64,000 bases of DNA, from positions 2,180 through 66,179 of the forward strand of contig JBILEW010000011.1 of assembly GCA_044351885.1 (NCBI GenBank), given 5' to 3'. Every line of letters begins with the position of its first letter. Within the stretch, counting starts at the first letter, position 1. The notes under the pieces are model-generated. The model was not told the DNA's origin. It searched no databases and was given only the letters and a program-made list of their open reading frames with translations. A program made the translations under genes and the position numbers. Source of the stretch: Bdellovibrionota bacterium. Lineage in GTDB: Bacteria > Bdellovibrionota_C > UBA2361 > OMII01. Shown here piece by piece: positions 1 through 10,100 of this stretch.

Positions 1-266
1 GAAAGACCGCTCGAGAGATTATCGGCGAGGCGCGCTTCGTGGAGGTACACGTAACGGCTCCGCTGGCAGTCTGCGAAGGCCGCGATCCGCACGGACTCTA
101 CCAGAAAGCTCGTCGCGGGGAGCTTACGAATTTTACCGGCGTGTCGGACCCTTACGAGCCACCGAAGTCACCGGCTTTGACTGTCGACACAAGCGCCCTG
201 TCACTCGAGGAGTGCGTAGGAGCGGTGGTCAACCTGAGCCTATCCCGCAGCTCGACACGGACCTAA
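1..266 (+). CDS. cysC: adenylylsulfate (APS) kinase, C-terminal fragment (5' end lies outside window)
   Basis: The open frame from the window edge reads ...[46 protein letters not shown]... This matches the conserved C-terminal half of APS kinases (RDPKGLYKKAR-GE---FTG---PYE-P). Confidence 0.8.
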   Translation, partial: KTAREIIGEARFVEVHVTAPLAVCEGRDPHGLYQKARRGELTNFTGVSDPYEPPKSPALTVDTSALSLEECVGAVVNLSLSRSSTRT

Positions 267-404
267 TCGGACGTCTTTCGCATCTTAAGCTCAGGCTAGA
301 AGTAAGAGATAAGAGCATAAAGCTCGAGAAATCAACACCTTAGCCTTCCACTTGGGTAGCTGCACGAGGCGAATGAGTGTCTGCATCATGCACGAGCGAG
401 GTCT

Positions 405-3400
405 ATGCATATGACGAAATATCCGCCCCCCCTCGCCTTGGGAGCGCTCTTTGATGCCGACTTCTACCTATCCCAGTGTGGCAGTGATCCAGATGCGCTC
501 AAAGATCCACTCGAGCACTTCACTACGAAGGGCTGGTTAGAGGGATTCGATCCTCACCCTCTCTTTTCCGTGCGTTACTACCTCTATCAGAGACAAGATG
601 TCTTGAGAGCTCGGGTCAATCCACTCCTCCATTACATGGCGCACGCCACATCTCAAGATATCGATCCGCACCCGCTCTTCGACACGAAATACTACAAGGC
701 ATACAATCCTGGCATCGAGGAGATTCCACTCCTGCATTACGTGGCAGGAGGCCACAAGACAGCCTCGCCTCACCCTCTGTTCGATCAAGCGTTCTATCGC
801 GAGCAGGTGTTGATGACAGGTGAAACGGGCCTCGACGATCAGACGCCCCCTCTAATTCACTATGTGCTGCATGGAGTAAAGAAAAACCTCAGCCCTCATC
901 CCTTGTTCTGCGCCCTCTTCTATAGTTCGGAACGCCCCGATGTGGTCGAGAAATCGATGAACCCACTCGTACACTACGTGCAATTCGGATGCCTCGAGAA
1001 CGCCAAGCCCCATCCCTTGTTCGACACCGCCTACTTTGCGCGTCAGTCAGGGATCGACCTAGCCAGGTTTCCAAACCCGCTCGTAGCGTTTCTGAACCTC
1101 GGCGCACACGAGAGCTCTCCTCACAAGCTCTTCGACATTATGTACTATCGAACTCAACTCAAAGCCCGAGGGATCCCCGAGTTGAATGAGCATCCGATTG
1201 TGCACTATCTACGCGAAGGACACACGAAGGGCTTAAATCCCCATACGCTTTTCGACTCCGCTTTCTACGTGACCAACAACCCGTATCTCCTGCAGTATCA
1301 CGTGGAGCCCCTAACTCACTACGTCGCATGGGGTGTGTCCGAGGCTCGAAATCCCCACCCGTTTTTCGACACTGAGTGGTACCGATTGAGCTATCCCGAG
1401 AAACAGCGGCCAGGCATCACTCCCCTCGAAGCGTACATCGACGATTGGGAGTCTGGCGGCGAGTCTGACCCGTGTTGGGCCCTGAGTACCAGGCACTATC
1501 TGCAGCAACGACCCGCGTGTAGGACAGCGAACGTCACTCCGCCATTCCACTATTACTCGTATTGCAGACTTGCGCTTACGGTCCAAGATGAGAGCCTCGC
1601 CTTTCCGAGCACCGCCTTCGCAGAGCTTTATGGGCAACTGAATTCACGTGTGGGCGTCAAACGGACCGCTGCACCTGTTCGGGTCATCGTCACATCTCAC
1701 GACGCTAGTCGCACCGGAGCACCACTGATCGCTCTCAACATCGCGCGCGGATTGAAGGAGAAGTACGATGTGGAATGTATCGTCATTCTCGCTCGAGGGG
1801 GCCCCCTCGAAGAGGATTTCGCAAAGGTCGGTACCGTCATCAACATCGACAAATTGCAGAAAGAGCAAGGAATAAACAACTTTGCTCCGCACATCGTAGC
1901 GCTCATCAAACCTTCTCGTACGATGGCGCTCGTTAATTCGATTGAGTGTGCCGATATTCTACGTTTGCTCGCGAGTATGGGCGTCCCGTGCTACTCGCTG
2001 GTCCACGAATTCACCGAACGGTACAACGAGTTCAACGTAAAGAGCGTGCTCGAAAACTCGCGTCTGGTTGCTTTTCCGAGCGAGATCGTCAAGCGCGATG
2101 CGATCGTACACCACTCCAGGATCACCGACAAAGCCCCTAATACCCTCGTTATTCCCCAAGGCTTGAACGATCCATCGTTCCTAGAAGGATGCCGCGAAAA
2201 GGACCGCGCGGAGGTGTGCAAGGAGCTCGGCATTCCTGAGGATTGCACGCTAATCCTCGGAGTAGGCTACATCCAAAGCAGAAAGGGATCGGATCTCTTC
2301 GTTGTGGCGGCTCAGCAGTTTATCCGCAGAAATCCCGACCGAAAGGTTGCCTTCGTATGGATAGGAGATTCCAACAAGTCAGGCGTGTTGTACGAGGACT
2401 GGGTGCACAGCGATATCTATCGCGCTGGCTTGACTGACAAGGTGTTCTTCGTCGGCCCCCGCGAGGATACTCGTCGTTACTTTTATGCCTCCGATATCTA
2501 CCTCCATCTGGCGCGACTCGATCCCTTCCCGTGTGTGGTCCTAGAAGCGATGGCAGCTCGACTCCCCGTAATCCTCTTCGACGAGGTGATCGGCTCCATC
2601 GAGGCTGTAGGCGATGATGCGGGCATAGCCGTACCGTTCCTCGATATGCTTGGTGTCCATGAAGCGTTGACAAAACTGATCGACGATCCCGAGGCCAGAG
2701 CCAGCATGGGCCAGTGCGGTCGTGAGCGTATCGAGCGTTCGTTCTCGTTCTCTGAGTACATCGATATCTTGCTCCGGCATGTGTGTGAGGACAGGGGATG
2801 GCGTCAAATAGGTCGTTTCCGGCATTCGTCCTCCAACGTTCGATGCTCCCCGACCTCCCTGCCTCCCGTGTACTTCGGAGCTTCGTCGTGGAACATCCGC
2901 GGGACGAACGTTCTGTGGCGGCACGTCGTCAACGGACTTCGTGATCTTGGATGGGATGCGCGGGTACTCTTTACCGATCGCCTCGCAATGGGCGAGCAGT
3001 TCAACGAACCACAGATCGCTCACTCACGTGTCTTGCACGCTCTGAGAAACAACATTCAAGAGCGCTGGAGCGCTTTGCAGAACTTCTTGATGCAGCAAGA
3101 TCGTTCCATCTTCGTCGCAGGAGACGACAGCACCACGAATTGCATCGTTCCCGCGCTTCCTTCGCACATCGGGGTGGTAGGAACCCTACTGGGGGGAACG
3201 GGCGAGGACTACGAGCAGAGCTATCGGTTGGGGCTGTACTGCAACAAGATCGTCAGCCTGAACGAAGATCTCACGACGACGATGTGTAAGTACAACCCTG
3301 GACTCCTTGATCGCATGCGCACTATACCTTCCCATGGTGTCGATCGCACCAGTCCGCTTGCTTGGAGAGCTGGCAGACGGCCTGGGGCGCCTCTGCAGAT

Positions 3401-4052
3401 TCTATTTGTCGCGGGTCCGACCTCACACGAGCAGTATGTTACTCACTGTAGAGATCTCCTCTCTCAGTTGGATCTCAGCGGGTTTCCTTACGGTATCTCA
3501 CTGCTGGCAGATGAATCCACGACGAGTCTCTGCAAGCGGCTCGGTAAGTCGTTCGAGGACAAGGTACGGCGAGGCATCGCACGCGTTCTGTCTCATGGCG
3601 ACCCTAGTCAGCTCACGAAACTGCTCGAGGAGCACGACACCTTGGTTGTTACCCCCGATTTCGGAGCCTCAGCTCCCACCCTTACCACCAGCCTCGCTCA
3701 CGGATGCGTACCCGTAGTCGTCCGCCCTGTGTGTGACGTGTCTCACATAGTGCGCTCGGGTGAAAACGGGATAGTGATCGAGGATTGCGACTGGACGAAG
3801 GTGGCGAAAGCGCTCCATGAGATCTATAGCGACATGCCGATGGCGATCCGACTTCAACAGATGGCACTTGAGACCCGACACAACGCGTATACTGTTGCCG
3901 ACATGATCGCCGAGTACGACAAGGTACTGCGCGAGGTAAGTGGGGAGATAGCGAACGGTTCGTGGGAACGTCCGCAGCCCTTCGTGTGGAGCCCTCACTT
4001 CGGGGACGCCCTTCCTCCGCAAAACATAATATATCCACATGAGGCCCTGTAA
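405..4052 (+). CDS. 1215-aa repeat-containing protein with two GT-B (GT4/group-1-like) glycosyltransferase domains
   Basis: aa 14-386 carry about 10 tandem ~38-aa repeats. aa ~425-800 start VRVIVTSHDASRTGAPLIALNIARGL and contain the EX7E region PFPCVVLEAMAARLPVI, typical of GT4. aa ~830-1190 form a second GT-B-like half (TLVVTPDFGASAPTLTTSLAHGCVPVVV...GENGIVIE). Confidence 0.8.
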   Translation: MHMTKYPPPLALGALFDADFYLSQCGSDPDALKDPLEHFTTKGWLEGFDPHPLFSVRYYLYQRQDVLRARVNPLLHYMAHATSQDIDPHPLFDTKYYKAYNPGIEEIPLLHYVAGGHKTASPHPLFDQAFYREQVLMTGETGLDDQTPPLIHYVLHGVKKNLSPHPLFCALFYSSERPDVVEKSMNPLVHYVQFGCLENAKPHPLFDTAYFARQSGIDLARFPNPLVAFLNLGAHESSPHKLFDIMYYRTQLKARGIPELNEHPIVHYLREGHTKGLNPHTLFDSAFYVTNNPYLLQYHVEPLTHYVAWGVSEARNPHPFFDTEWYRLSYPEKQRPGITPLEAYIDDWESGGESDPCWALSTRHYLQQRPACRTANVTPPFHYYSYCRLALTVQDESLAFPSTAFAELYGQLNSRVGVKRTAAPVRVIVTSHDASRTGAPLIALNIARGLKEKYDVECIVILARGGPLEEDFAKVGTVINIDKLQKEQGINNFAPHIVALIKPSRTMALVNSIECADILRLLASMGVPCYSLVHEFTERYNEFNVKSVLENSRLVAFPSEIVKRDAIVHHSRITDKAPNTLVIPQGLNDPSFLEGCREKDRAEVCKELGIPEDCTLILGVGYIQSRKGSDLFVVAAQQFIRRNPDRKVAFVWIGDSNKSGVLYEDWVHSDIYRAGLTDKVFFVGPREDTRRYFYASDIYLHLARLDPFPCVVLEAMAARLPVILFDEVIGSIEAVGDDAGIAVPFLDMLGVHEALTKLIDDPEARASMGQCGRERIERSFSFSEYIDILLRHVCEDRGWRQIGRFRHSSSNVRCSPTSLPPVYFGASSWNIRGTNVLWRHVVNGLRDLGWDARVLFTDRLAMGEQFNEPQIAHSRVLHALRNNIQERWSALQNFLMQQDRSIFVAGDDSTTNCIVPALPSHIGVVGTLLGGTGEDYEQSYRLGLYCNKIVSLNEDLTTTMCKYNPGLLDRMRTIPSHGVDRTSPLAWRAGRRPGAPLQILFVAGPTSHEQYVTHCRDLLSQLDLSGFPYGISLLADESTTSLCKRLGKSFEDKVRRGIARVLSHGDPSQLTKLLEEHDTLVVTPDFGASAPTLTTSLAHGCVPVVVRPVCDVSHIVRSGENGIVIEDCDWTKVAKALHEIYSDMPMAIRLQQMALETRHNAYTVADMIAEYDKVLREVSGEIANGSWERPQPFVWSPHFGDALPPQNIIYPHEAL
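444..1562 (+). repeat. about 10 tandem degenerate ~38-aa (about 115-nt) coding repeats, consensus NPLxHYxxxGxxEGxxPHPLFDxxxYxxxxxD
   Basis: Successive units are seen in translation: DPLEHFTTKGWLEGFDPHPLFSVRYY, NPLLHYMAHATSQDIDPHPLFDTKYY, IPLLHYVAGGHKTASPHPLFDQAFY, PPLIHYVLHGVKKNLSPHPLFCALFY, NPLVHYVQFGCLENAKPHPLFDTAYF, NPLVAFLNLGAHESSPHKLFDIMYY, HPIVHYLREGHTKGLNPHTLFDSAFY, EPLTHYVAWGVSEARNPHPFFDTEWY. Confidence 0.85.
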
Positions 4053-4148
4053 TTCACCAGCTCAAGGGCCTTAGATTCTGGTCTCGGACTGAATCTTCGC
4101 TTAGCAACCGAAGCCATTTTTGCTGACCGAGACAAATACCTTGCTACC

Positions 4149-7100
4149 CTAATCCACTATCTCCTCCTCGCCCTCGTTACGACTGTAAGGTGTGGTGCTT
4201 ATCACTGCCTCAGGAATTAAAAGCTCAGCCTGCACCTCCCCGGAACTTACCTCAACTCGAAAAACCCCTGCACGTTTAGTGACCTTCACCGAGAGCGCCT
4301 CAACCTTTGAGCCGCACTGAAGGCCGAGACTTCTTAGCTCCTCCCCTAGCGCTCGTGCCGCTAGCTCCCTATCTGGCTCCAATGTTAGCCGCTCTAGGAG
4401 AGCAAACGTGGAGAGAAAGGGACTACATCCAGCGGTTTGGTAATCAAATTGGTGCTTCTCCCGAATACGTACGTGTGCTCCGCAGGCATAGCTCATAAGA
4501 AGAGAGGTAAGATCATCCAGTAAGTGCCCCGTCTTAGAGTTAAGAACCTCCGCCACACACCGACACACCGCTTCGATGTGTCGGGCAGCGACGATCAGGG
4601 CCGGCATATCATGGATCTGTAGCGTCTGATGTAACTGAGTACCTGCAAGCCGAAGCAGTATTCGATCAAGCTCTCGCCTATCATTACCTGCGGCTTCGAG
4701 AAGTGCGGCGGCTTCTCCCTGCTCCCTTCCGCACAGGGCGTTTTTTAGGAGCATCCCTTGCTGCGGCATCCGCCAGGATACTACCATCTCAAAGAGCTCC
4801 GGGGTCATGTATCCGTTAGTGTCGAGACTGATGATGTCTATCGGGATATCGCGCTGGATAATCGGGAAGATCTCCTCAATTCGCGAGGAGAAGAATCGCG
4901 CACCAAACCGCTGCACCTGCTTGGCACAATGCTCTCGCACCACTACGTCTGGGTGCGCTTCGAAAGCACATATGCGTGACGGCGAGATCCCGCGTTCGCA
5001 GTACACAGGTATCTCAAGCGCTTCGGGACCTGGGAGGAGCGCAACGGCGAGCTCGGTTGGATCCTTTCTAAAAATACGCAGTGCTCTCTCAACGAAATCA
5101 GCGAGCGCTTTGCGCCACGCCTCCTTCTCTGAGCTTCGATACCGGATAAAGAGCTCTTCGAGTCGCGCATCTGAGAGCTCATGAAACTGCTCTCGCTTTT
5201 TAGAGAGCACTTCCAGATCCTTGGACAACACCGTAATCACCTCAGAAACGGTCGTGTCCTCCGCGAGCTTAATCTTCGTCGGATGTGACGTTAGCTCAGA
5301 ATACTCACGCGCCTGCGCAACCATCCTATCCATGGCTCTCTCGTACACCGAACCCTGCCGCAAAACATCGCGGTGAGCCTGCGATGGTACGAGACCCACA
5401 ACATCCTCGTCTAACTGCGCTCGGAGATACCAGACATATACATCGGAGCGCGCGAGCGAAAGGGTCTCCTTCGTCACTAATCGTCGGTGTCGACTCATCC
5501 CTTGGAGGAGATCCGAGACCACTCGTGGTGGCTCGATAAAGATAACGTGCTCAACGCCGAGGCAGTCATGACCCGTACCGAGCACTCGGATCTGTCCTAC
5601 TGCACACATAAGCGAGGGATCCCGGCTCAAGCGCTGTACCGTTGCACTGCGCTCCTCCGCCGACAAGCTCCCGGTAACGAGTGCCGCTCCAAAGCGCTGC
5701 ATCTCCGGATCGCGCGCGATAAATTCAAGCGGATCGAGATGCTCGCCGAGGACAATCACCTTCTCCCCACGCCTCATCGCCGGTATCGCCACCTCCTTGA
5801 CGGCCTGGAGCATCGCATGACCCGGTTCGGCGCCGAGCTTGGTAGGGCTTGCCAGCAACCTCCTTAGCTTTGCGAATCGGCGTAAATGAGCCGAACGAAT
5901 ATGGCTTGGATCGTCCCCCAATTCGCCGACTGCTATGTTGATGTAGCGTCGTGAGTGGTCGGCAGAAAGGGAGAAGTCCTTGTAGCGCTCGTGTACCCTC
6001 GGTACGCAGGGGAGCCCTCGGGATAGCTGCTCCTCAGCGGGCATCTCGGAGAAAGGCTTGAAGGTCCTCGCGATCTCATCTATCCCAATGATCGTTGCGT
6101 GTTGATGAAACATCGCAAGCGCTACGGTCTTATCATGCTTCAGCGCTCGCCGCAGCGCATCTACGTTTGGGTAGTGGCCCGGAAGCGTGGTATGTAAGAG
6201 AGTCGCGATGTTTTCGCGCCGGTGCTGTACAGGGGTCCCCGACAATACGGCGACCTTCTCTGCTCCAAGCGCCCTAACCGCCTGTGAACGCAGGCTTCGA
6301 GCATTATCAAGTAAGTGACCCTCATCAGCTATCACGAGCCCTGATGGATGCCCATCCTCCTGAAACCCTCCGTGCAGCCATTCCTTAAGAACCGCAAAGT
6401 GCTCCGGTCGTCTCGCCCACACGGCTGCGTTTGATGAGTACGTAAAGGAGATAAGCGAAAACTCCTGTAGTAACACCCTTAGACTATCTGGACTCCGTTT
6501 GAGTAGCTCCGGCGTGAGCTGAAGGATTGGCGTCGAGATGCGTTTGGCTATGCGTGAGGATGTGCCTGAAATGTTCGATGGTGCAGTGATCCATAGTACA
6601 CGTCTGGGAGGCCTCTTTCGCGGAACCTCGTCATCGGCACGTTTGGCCAACTCCTCGTTCTTGCCCTCAAGATAAGAGGCAGCAAGGAGCACCCCCATCT
6701 CAGTCTTTCCGCTGCCCGGCGCACCAACAAGGAGCGGATATTCCCCACTTTGCGCCGCACTTACCCATGCGCGTTGATACCCGAAGGGCTCAAACAGGAT
6801 AGAGCCTGGCACCTCAAAGTCCTTCTCACGCCGAAGCTGCTGAAGAAGAAGCGGAACGACATCACGCAAGATATCGGTTGCGAGTTGGCGATCGAGTTGC
6901 AATTCTTGGTCAGCGTCGTTTCTCACCCTCTCAAGCTCTGCGATAACTCTACTCACATCTCCTGAAAAGCTCCGGTAACAGAGCTGATACAGGAGATTTG
7001 CAAGCCGCATTCGCCCTAGAGTGGAGAGGTCTACCTTGTTTGCTGCTGCCTCACTCGTTTCGATCAGCTCCGAGAACATTTCAATAGGGGAGGACGGAGG

Positions 7101-10100
7101 CGTCTGATCCTTTCTGGAATTTGCGGGGCCGCTCTCTGCTGATTGGCTCGACTCAACGCTCGGTAGAAGCGCCCCCTTAAAGGCCCTATAGCCGCTCACC
7201 GATTCTGCTGCATCCCCTAGCGCGCACGATGCCAGAAAGAGTGTGCCGAGCGGCACCTCCCGGTTTCGAAACATCTCGAGGTAGAGGGAGCTCCTGCGTT
7301 GGGCGCGAGTTGCCTTAACCTCTCGCTTTGAAAGTTTCTCCTTCGGACTTGTGGATGCTGTGTCTGCAGCTGTGTAAGCTTTTTTAGTACGGGTGAGCGC
7401 TCTTAGAAGATCCTTCCCGAGCACCCCATACGTGCGCGAGGGATCGCAAAATGCAAGATCCGCACACAATTCGTGGAAAGCAGAAAACCAGTGCGGAGCT
7501 CCATAAAGCTGTGCGGCTGCCTCATTGAGTAGCGCAAGTGCTTCGGACCAGCGTAGCTCGTTGTGCCGTATACCCTTCTTAATCCTTCGATCACCCAGGC
7601 CAGCGAGGGTTACCGCTGGGTACTCGCCCGAGCGGAGGATAAAGGGCTTCGGAGGCTCCACATATCGCACGTGGATTTGAAGAATGGCGTGGAATCCTTC
7701 GTCAGCAAGGGCGAGGATAGAGTCATCGGGGTCTAGGCCAGCTCTTAATCTTTTCGCGACGATCTCCTCACGGTCCATGCAGAAGCGATGCAGATCGTGC
7801 GCCATGGTGAGCAGGTGGCCGAAGTTTTCAGCTATAACGAATCCTGATTGATCTACAAACACCACCCCGTTCAGATTAGCCGGAGTCGTACTCCAATTCT
7901 CGGGTGAGATCCCTCCGCGATCGATCCCTTCATCCATAAGGTCATCGAGTATACTTAGTGACTCCCTTTGAAAAACGGAGTAATCCTCTATGAAAGCACT
8001 TTTCGCCTCATAATTGGCCCACCGTTTCTTTGTTCTACGACCCTTTTCTGCGCTCCACCGAGCCTCGGCTCTTTCGGGGGCTGCGCGCAATCCTTGGATG
8101 AAGCCCCCCCAGTTGATATGCGACACGATCGCCACCTCCTCTGCCTGCCGCTTGCGGGGATAGAAAAGCGCCGAGAGCGATGGATACGATCTGCACATCG
8201 ATTTACCAAACGCCTCCGCAACAGCGACGAGTTCCGGCCGTAACTCTCGCCCTTGGGTTAGGTCGTATGCTATCGAACGTGACTCGAGAGGATCCTCCTT
8301 TGCGACCACTCGCACCGTAGCCTTCGAGAGTGCCCCTTCAATCTCGCGCCTGTGACTAACGGCGGCAGGAGCAGGTTCAGACGCTTCCGGTTTGTCACCC
8401 CGTGCATATCGAATCAACTCACTCCCGAGACACTGAAACCTCATCTGTTTACTGCTAAAGACTTGGTCTGTGATCCAGGGGTCGTAGATTCTTGAATATG
8501 CGGGAGCACCAAACATCTGCTGTGCAACCTCGTCGAGTACCTTGCACGCATCGAGGACCGACATCTCTCCTTCGCAAAGCGCCTTTTGGAGCTTCGGGTG
8601 AGAGAGGGTCTCTAGCGTTGCGCGGACACCGATACTCGCATCCCAACTCGCAGGCTCTTTACCTTTCGTGGGGCGAAGTGCCTCAGCGAAGTATCCATAA
8701 ACCCCGGCCTGACTTTCAAGGGATTCCTCGTCGATCGGTACGCCCTGGTACGCCGCTATGGTGAGCCCTGCATCGATACATACCCTCGCAAGAGCGAGAT
8801 GAATCGACACGAAGTGCCCAACATTTTCAGCCACTACCCTGCCTGAGTCATCGACGAAGTGCTTACCCATAAACGCGCGAGGAGTAGTGCCCCATTCCTC
8901 GTCCATCTCGCGGATAGTGCTCCTAAGATCGTCAAAGCCACAGCTCTGGAGAATCCCTCTTGCAATGGAGAGAAGCCGTTCGACGTAAGCCTTTATCTCC
9001 CGTTGCCCCTCGCCTTGGGTGTACCCGGAAGCCTTCGGATCAGACAGTAACCCTGCGTCGAGAACATTGTTGGGGGATAGCATAAGGAGGGAAGCGAGCT
9101 GCGGTGGAAGATTAGAGCTTACAGAGAGTGGAACGGCATCACCGTGAGTAGACCGGCGTGGGAAGTATAACGACCATAACGCCGGATACCTACTGCACAG
9201 CGCCGCTGCGTCTCGTTCAAGTTTACGCGGAAGTTCGGCTCTCAGTTCATAGGGTGCGATCAGGGCGGTAGTTTTCGGAACACCCGCTGCAGATAGGCTA
9301 CCATCAAGGTGCTTCTGTCTTAGTCCTAGCTCATCACACTGTGCCTCGTCGATAAAATTGGCCAGACGGAGCTCGTTACGATACCATTCCTGGTTTGAGT
9401 CCGAAGAGGTTCGCGCACGCCAGCGGTCCTCCTGATTACCACTTGCTTCCATCACGCAAAGAATCTGCCGTTTGATCCACTCATCAGCTCTGCGCCGGTA
9501 GTGAAAGAAGTCGTCAAGGCTACGGAATAAGACAGTTCCGTCGGAAGTTGCGATATGCAACTCCTCGTGCTCATCGAACGGTATGAGAGATCCACGTGCG
9601 GATACTATTTTCATCAATGCATCGGTAAGCTCACCCAGAGGTTTCATACCGCGCTCTTTAAGGAGACCGATGTTTAGCCTACCCTTATCAACCATCGTCG
9701 CCACATCAAAGGAGCCCCCTGTGAGCAGATAGTCAGCTTCTGATAAACGCAAAATGTAACTTGAGTCTCTATTTTCCCGTGAACCACACCGCTCAAGGAG
9801 GCGCTCCTTCGGATCAATCTGTCCTGCACTTTCGACAAGTTTTCTCACGTCGCACGCAAGTTTGCTCTTCAGCGGTATCGGATGTCCCACCTCTGCAGCT
9901 GACACACGCAGAGACCTCACACCTGCCTTGCCCTCACGCTGGGCGATGTTTCGAAGCGCATCTTCGAGGGATGGCCACAACTCACGGCCAAGAAAATCCT
10001 GCACTGATATCTGTTTATCAGTAACGGCCAGGGCCGGTTCTAAACGAACTAATTGCTTCAAGCCCGTCCCGGCTTCTTGTAGGCCACGGGACGAAACACT

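Noticed and set aside
9555-9569. HEELH (an HExxH zincin-like motif) at aa 501-505 of the giant helicase.
   Set aside because: The polar context (FDEHEELHIATSDG) lacks the hydrophobic helix and a downstream third ligand typical of metallopeptidases. It is most likely a chance occurrence in a 2306-aa protein.
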